64,000 nt of DNA from Escherichia coli (lineage in GTDB: Bacteria > Pseudomonadota > Gammaproteobacteria > Enterobacterales > Enterobacteriaceae): NCBI RefSeq assembly GCF_965641715.1, contig NZ_OZ282453.1. One strand, given 5' to 3'. Positions 57,526-64,000 of the stretch are shown here, piece after piece; the first letter of the stretch is position 1; each line of letters starts with the position of its first letter. Made by a program: the position numbers and the translations under genes. The notes below the pieces were generated by a model. The model saw only the letters and a list, made by a program, of their open reading frames with translations. It made no database searches and was not told the DNA's origin.

Positions 57526-58864
57526 CATAAGCGCTAACTTAAGGGTTGTGGTATTACGCCTGATATGATTTAACGTGCCGATGAATTACTCTCACGATAA
57601 CTGGTCAGCAATTCTGGCCCATATTGGTAAGCCCGAAGAACTGGATACTTCGGCACGTAATGCCGGGGCTCTAACCCGCCGCCGCGAAATTCGTGATGCT
57701 GCAACTCTGCTACGTCTGGGGCTGGCTTACGGCCCCGGGGGGATGTCATTACGTGAAGTCACTGCATGGGCTCAGCTCCATGACGTTGCAACATTATCTG
57801 ACGTGGCTCTCCTGAAGCGGCTGCGGAATGCCGCCGACTGGTTTGGCATACTTGCCGCACAAACACTTGCTGTACGCGCCGCAGTTACGGGTTGTACAAG
57901 CGGAAAGAGATTGCGTCTTGTCGATGGAACAGCAATCAGTGCGCCCGGGGGCGGCAGCGCTGAATGGCGACTACATATGGGATATGATCCTCATACCTGT
58001 CAGTTCACTGATTTTGAGCTAACCGACAGCAGAGACGCTGAACGGCTGGACCGATTTGCGCAAACGGCAGACGAGATACGCATTGCTGACCGGGGATTCG
58101 GTTCGCGTCCCGAATGTATCCGCTCACTTGCTTTTGGAGAAGCTGATTATATCGTCCGGGTTCACTGGCGAGGATTGCGCTGGTTAACTGCAGAAGGAAT
58201 GCGCTTTGACATGATGGGTTTTCTGCGCGGGCTGGATTGCGGTAAGAACGGTGAAACCACTGTAATGATAGGCAATTCAGGTAATAAAAAAGCCGGAGCT
58301 CCCTTTCCGGCACGTCTCATTGCCGTATCACTTCCTCCCGAAAAAGCATTAATCAGTAAAACCCGACTGCTCAGCGAGAATCGTCGAAAAGGACGAGTAG
58401 TTCAGGCGGAAACGCTGGAAGCAGCGGGCCATGTGCTATTGCTAACATCATTACCGGAAGATGAATATTCAGCAGAGCAAGTGGCTGATTGTTACCGTCT
58501 GCGATGGCAAATTGAACTGGCTTTTAAGCGGCTCAAAAGTTTGCTGCACCTGGATGCTTTGCGTGCAAAGGAACCTGAACTCGCGAAAGCGTGGATATTT
58601 GCTAATCTACTCGCCGCATTTTTAATTGACGACATAATCCAGCCATCGCTGGATTTCCCCCCCAGAAGTGCCGGATCCGAAAAGAAGAACTAACTCGTTG
58701 TGGAGAATAACAAAAATGGTCATCTGGAGCTTACAGGTGGCCATTCGTGGGACAGTATCCCTGACAGCCTACAAAACGCAATTGAAGAACGCGAGGCATC
58801 GTCTTAACGAGGCACCGAGGCGTCGCATTCTTCAGATGGTTCAACCCTTAAGTTAGCGCTTATG
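57526..58864 (+). mobile_element. IS186 (IS4 family) insertion sequence, ~1339 bp
   Basis: Terminal inverted repeats CATAAGCGCTAACTTAAGGG... / ...CCCTTAAGTTAGCGCTTATG; 10-bp target duplication GGAATTATCC at 57516-57525 and 58865-58874. Confidence 0.88.
57581..58693 (+). CDS. insL: IS186 transposase InsL (370 aa)
   Basis: Translation MNYSHDNWSAILAHIGKPEELD... recognised as IS186 transposase. Confidence 0.9.
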   Translation: MNYSHDNWSAILAHIGKPEELDTSARNAGALTRRREIRDAATLLRLGLAYGPGGMSLREVTAWAQLHDVATLSDVALLKRLRNAADWFGILAAQTLAVRAAVTGCTSGKRLRLVDGTAISAPGGGSAEWRLHMGYDPHTCQFTDFELTDSRDAERLDRFAQTADEIRIADRGFGSRPECIRSLAFGEADYIVRVHWRGLRWLTAEGMRFDMMGFLRGLDCGKNGETTVMIGNSGNKKAGAPFPARLIAVSLPPEKALISKTRLLSENRRKGRVVQAETLEAAGHVLLLTSLPEDEYSAEQVADCYRLRWQIELAFKRLKSLLHLDALRAKEPELAKAWIFANLLAAFLIDDIIQPSLDFPPRSAGSEKKN

Positions 58865-58896
58865 GGAATTATCCCCGGCTTTTTTATGTATGGTGC

Positions 58897-60099
58897 TTAC
58901 AGCACCAGTGCTGCGATTGACGCAGACAGCACACTCACCAGGGTAGAGCCGTAAACCAGTTTCAGACCGAAGCGAGAAACCACGTTACCTTGCTCTTCAT
59001 TCAGGCCCTTAACTGCACCTGCGATAATCCCGATTGAAGAGAAGTTAGCGAAGGAAACCAGGAACACAGAGATGATGCCTTCAGCACGCGGAGAGAGCGT
59101 GGAAGCAATTTTCTGCAGATCCATCATCGCAACGAACTCGTTAGAAACCAGTTTGGTCGCCATGATACTGCCCACTTGCAGTGCTTCACTGGAAGGAACA
59201 CCCATCACCCATGCAATCGGATAGAAGATGTAGCCCAGGATGCCCTGGAAGGAGATGCTGTAGCCAAACCAGCCAGTCACGGTAGCAAACAGTGCGTTCA
59301 GCGCGGCGATCAGGGCGATAAAGCCGATCAGCATCGCGGCAACGATAATGGCAACTTTGAAACCTGCCAGAATGTATTCACCCAGCATTTCGAAGAAGCT
59401 CTGACCTTCGTGCAGGTTGGACATCTGAATGTTTTCTTCACTGGCATCAACACGGTAAGGGTTGATCAGCGACAGCACGATAAAGGTGCTGAACATATTC
59501 AGTACCAGTGCTGCAACGACATATTTCGGCTCCAGCATGGTCATGTATGCACCAACGATGGACATCGACACGGTGGACATCGCCGTTGCTGCCATGGTGT
59601 ACATACGGTTACGGGAGATTTTGCCAAGGATATCTTTATAGGCAATAAAGTTTTCAGACTGACCCAGAATCAGGGAGCTGACGGCGTTAAAGGATTCCAG
59701 TTTGCCCATACCGTTGACTTTGGAGAGCAGGAAACCAATTGCGCGGATAATCACCGGCAACACGCGAATGTGCTGGAGAATACCGATCAGTGCAGAGATA
59801 AAGACGATTGGGCACAGTACTTTCAGGAAGAAGAATGCCAGGCCTTGATCATTCATGCTACCAAAGACGAAGTTAGTCCCTTCGTTGGCAAATCCGAGCA
59901 GTTTTTCGAACATTTCGGAGAAGCCTTTCACGAAGCCTAAACCAACGTCGGAGTTCAGGAAGAACCACGCCAGTAACACTTCGATAACAAGCAGTTGAAT
60001 AACATAACGGATACGAATTTTTTTGCGGTCGCTGCTTACCAGCAGTGCGAGAATCGCAACAACGGCAAGTGCCAGTACAAAATGAAGGACGCGGTCCAT
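58897..60099 (-). CDS. nupC: Nucleoside:H+ symporter NupC (400 aa)
   Basis: CNT-family permease translation; start at [11 protein letters not shown]. Confidence 0.9.
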
Positions 60100-60365
60100 A
60101 TTTGCTCCAAATATGAGGCAGGTTAAATTTCCGTGCACATTCTATGTAACATGGTTAAGGAAAACGAGATCTGACACACACTATAATGACGTCCTGTGAC
60201 AAGCTTCAAAAATAGTGAGCTGTCATACATTTCTGCTATGTTGTGTATGGAAGCTGAAAGTTATGTAAATGTGCTAACATTAAACATAACCATAACATTC
60301 AAGTCATCAATCTTTTCGTAGTCATAATCCTGGTCTATCAGAGAAATCACCACAATCCATTTAAA

Positions 60366-60422
60366 TGAATTTGATAATCATTCTCGTTTGACATAGCATG
60401 AAACATAGCAAAGGCTATGTTT
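60366..60422 (+). promoter_or_regulatory. mntH control region: Fur-box-like AATGAATTTGATAATCATTCTC and MntR palindrome AAACATAGCAAAGGCTATGTTT
   Basis: Perfect 9-3-9 inverted repeat at 60401-60422; Fur-box-like 60366-60387. Confidence 0.6.
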
Positions 60423-60425
60423 TAG

Positions 60426-61673
<1,248 letters not shown>

Positions 61674-61700
61674 TTGAATGAGCGTCGCATCTGGCACTAT

Positions 61701-61790
<90 letters not shown>

Positions 61791-61813
61791 TTGTGCTCCA
61801 TTGGCGAATGTGT

Positions 61814-62140
61814 TTAATGGCGGTGTCCATGTCCGCGGCCTTTTCCGCGATGATCGTCACGATCGCGCCAGCCTTCACGATAGCCACGCTCATATGCTTT
61901 ACGCTTATCCCAGCCACGATGGTAGCCATTATCATGACGCCACCAGCGGTTTTTACGCCATTCATAATTGCGATGCCAGTAGTCACGGTCGCGCCAGTGA
62001 CCACCGTCCCAGTAATTACCGTAATGATCGCGATCGCCAATTTGTAATTTGATTGATGGCAGTAGGGTGATTTCGCCTGCGTTTGCCGCAAGCGGGGTAA
62101 ATGCCATCAGGGCGGCCGCCAGAAACAGTGACCTGAACAT
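61814..62140 (-). CDS. ypeC: Periplasmic His/Arg/Trp-rich small protein YpeC (108 aa)
   Basis: Signal peptide then [20 protein letters not shown]-type repeats. Confidence 0.8.
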
Positions 62141-62254
62141 TGTTATTCTCCTTCACGATCGAAGCCGTCAGCGGCCTGTTAACGCAATATTACGGGGAGG
62201 TAAAGCCCCGTATCATCGCCATAACTCTTAAATCATAAAGGAGAGCATTTTTTG

Positions 62255-63511
62255 CTAAACGTTATCGTGGGGTGGCTGTTGCTTCGGACGATTGACCATC
62301 ATCATCGGCTTACCTGCTAATAACAGCCATGCCGGAAGCATGACGATACAGAGCAGCGGTAGCAATGTGGTATTGGGTACAACGACTGCCGCCATAAAAA
62401 GACTTAACCAGCCATCGCGTGTTACCACCAGCACGATGCCGAGAATAGCGCAGGAAACGGTTATTGCCGCTGGTACGGCGGGAACGTGCTCATGCAGCAT
62501 CAACCCTAATGCCACGCCGACAAACACTGCCGGGAAGATTCGCCCACCGCGAAAGCCACTGGCGGCAGCAACGACCAGGGCGGCAAGTTTAATTACCGCC
62601 AGCAAAAAGTAATCGCTGGTGCTGAAAGCCTGATTTGCCACCATCTGCTGCATCTCATCCAGCCCTTTAAACAGCGAAACTGGTCCACCAATAACCCCCA
62701 GAATACCGAGAATAAATCCGCCAATACCCAGCACGAGCACCGGATTTTTCATTTGATGCATCATCGCGTGCAACCGTGGTAAGCACCATACGGCGACCAT
62801 CCCTGCTGCGATGGCAATCGCCGCGACAATTGCACCGCTGAGAATATCGGTCATTTCCATCTGTCCGTAATGCGCAATGGGCAGTGAAAAATGGGGATGG
62901 AAAAATAATCCGGTAGTAAGTGCACCAGCTGCTGCCGCCATTAACGGCGCAAAAAGACGATCCCATAGCGGAACTTCACTACTGCCATTTAAGGTTTGCG
63001 AAAATATCAACGCCGCCGCAACAGGTGTACCAAACAGCGCGCCGATGGTTCCGGCAGAGGCTAAAATAGTCCACTCCATTCGGTTGACGCGCGGTAACAG
63101 ACGAGCGCCAATGGCAACCGCAAGGGCGATATTGACGGTCATGATCGGATGTTCCGGCCCCAGGCTGACGCCGCCAGCAAGACCGAGAATTAATGCTACG
63201 ATAAGTCCTGGTAGCGCAGAGGGCGGAACCGGTGCGCCGATCAGCGGTTCACAGGCGGGGTCTGGTCCGGCATGACCCTGGCTGAAACGGATAACCAACC
63301 CCACCGCAATACCCGTTAGCGTTAATACACCGATGATCCAGAGGGGTGAATCCTGGGCTATCCCCAGAGTTCCCGGCAGTCGTTGCCAGAGCAAATTCTG
63401 TAATACCGAGGCGATTTTCATCACCACAATCAGAATAAGACTGGACGCAATCCCAATTGCCACGGCGGGGAGCGATAATAACAACATGGTTCTGGCTCGC
63501 GGATGGAGCAT
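62255..63511 (-). CDS. yfeO: ClC/voltage-gated chloride channel-family membrane protein YfeO (418 aa)
   Basis: Polytopic membrane translation, synteny with glk. Confidence 0.85.
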
Positions 63512-63714
63512 GTTCTATTCCTTATGCGGGGTCAGATACTTAGTTTGCCCAGCTTGCAAAAAGGCATCGCTGCAATTGGTGCTGAAACGATAAAGTAATT
63601 GTGTGACCCAGATCGATATTTACAGGGAGCCTGCCTTTCCGGCGTTGTTGTTATGCCCCCAGGTATTTACAGTGTGAGAAAGAATTATTTTGACTTTAGC
63701 GGAGCAGTTGAAGA

Positions 63715-64000
63715 ATGACAAAGTATGCATTAGTCGGTGATGTGGGCGGCACCAACGCACGTCTTGCTCTGTGTGATATTGCCAGTGGTGAAATCTCGCA
63801 GGCTAAGACCTATTCAGGGCTTGATTACCCCAGCCTCGAAGCGGTCATTCGCGTTTATCTTGAAGAACATAAGGTCGAGGTGAAAGACGGCTGTATTGCC
63901 ATCGCTTGCCCAATTACCGGTGACTGGGTGGCAATGACCAACCATACCTGGGCGTTCTCAATTGCCGAAATGAAAAAGAATCTCGGTTTTAGCCATCTGG
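63715..64000 (+). CDS. glk: Glucokinase Glk, 5' portion (continues beyond window)
   Basis: ATG 63715 opens [21 protein letters not shown]..., ROK/glucokinase N-terminus; no stop before window end. Confidence 0.85.

Overview
This window is an Escherichia coli-type chromosomal segment, mostly conserved core genome, with one integrase-bearing island as the main accessory region. No CRISPR array and no recognisable known defence system were found. All calls rest on reading the supplied ORF translations and the raw sequence; no database search was run. Layout 5'->3': the ethanolamine-utilisation operon (3' part of eutT, then eutD-M-N-E-J-G-H-A on +) is interrupted directly after the eutA stop by an ~11.2 kb prophage-like island (8533-19732, all island genes on -), and resumes with eutB-C-L-K-R. 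Then follow hemF, amiA, ypeA, yfeZ/Y/X/W, murP-murQ/murR, ucpA, cysPUWAM, pdxK, crr-ptsI-ptsH, cysK, cysZ, zipA, ligA, ypeB, yfeH, yfeR, a four-tRNA operon (Val x3, Lys), gltX, yfeD/yfeC, two tRNA-Ala, yfeA, one IS186 copy, nupC, mntH, ypeC, yfeO and the 5' end of glk. The island holds the candidates for anything new: a tyrosine integrase, a winged-HTH protein next to a five-copy iteron array, an AlpA-like regulator, a lone tail tape-measure-like gene, several small unknown ORFs, a helically phased CGCTAA repeat array, and a three-gene cargo block bounded by identical terminator repeats. Functional assignments inside the island are inference. Two gene-content differences from my recollection of the K-12 reference are flagged (no xapR-xapB-xapA-yfeN block; no yfeS) and need alignment to confirm.
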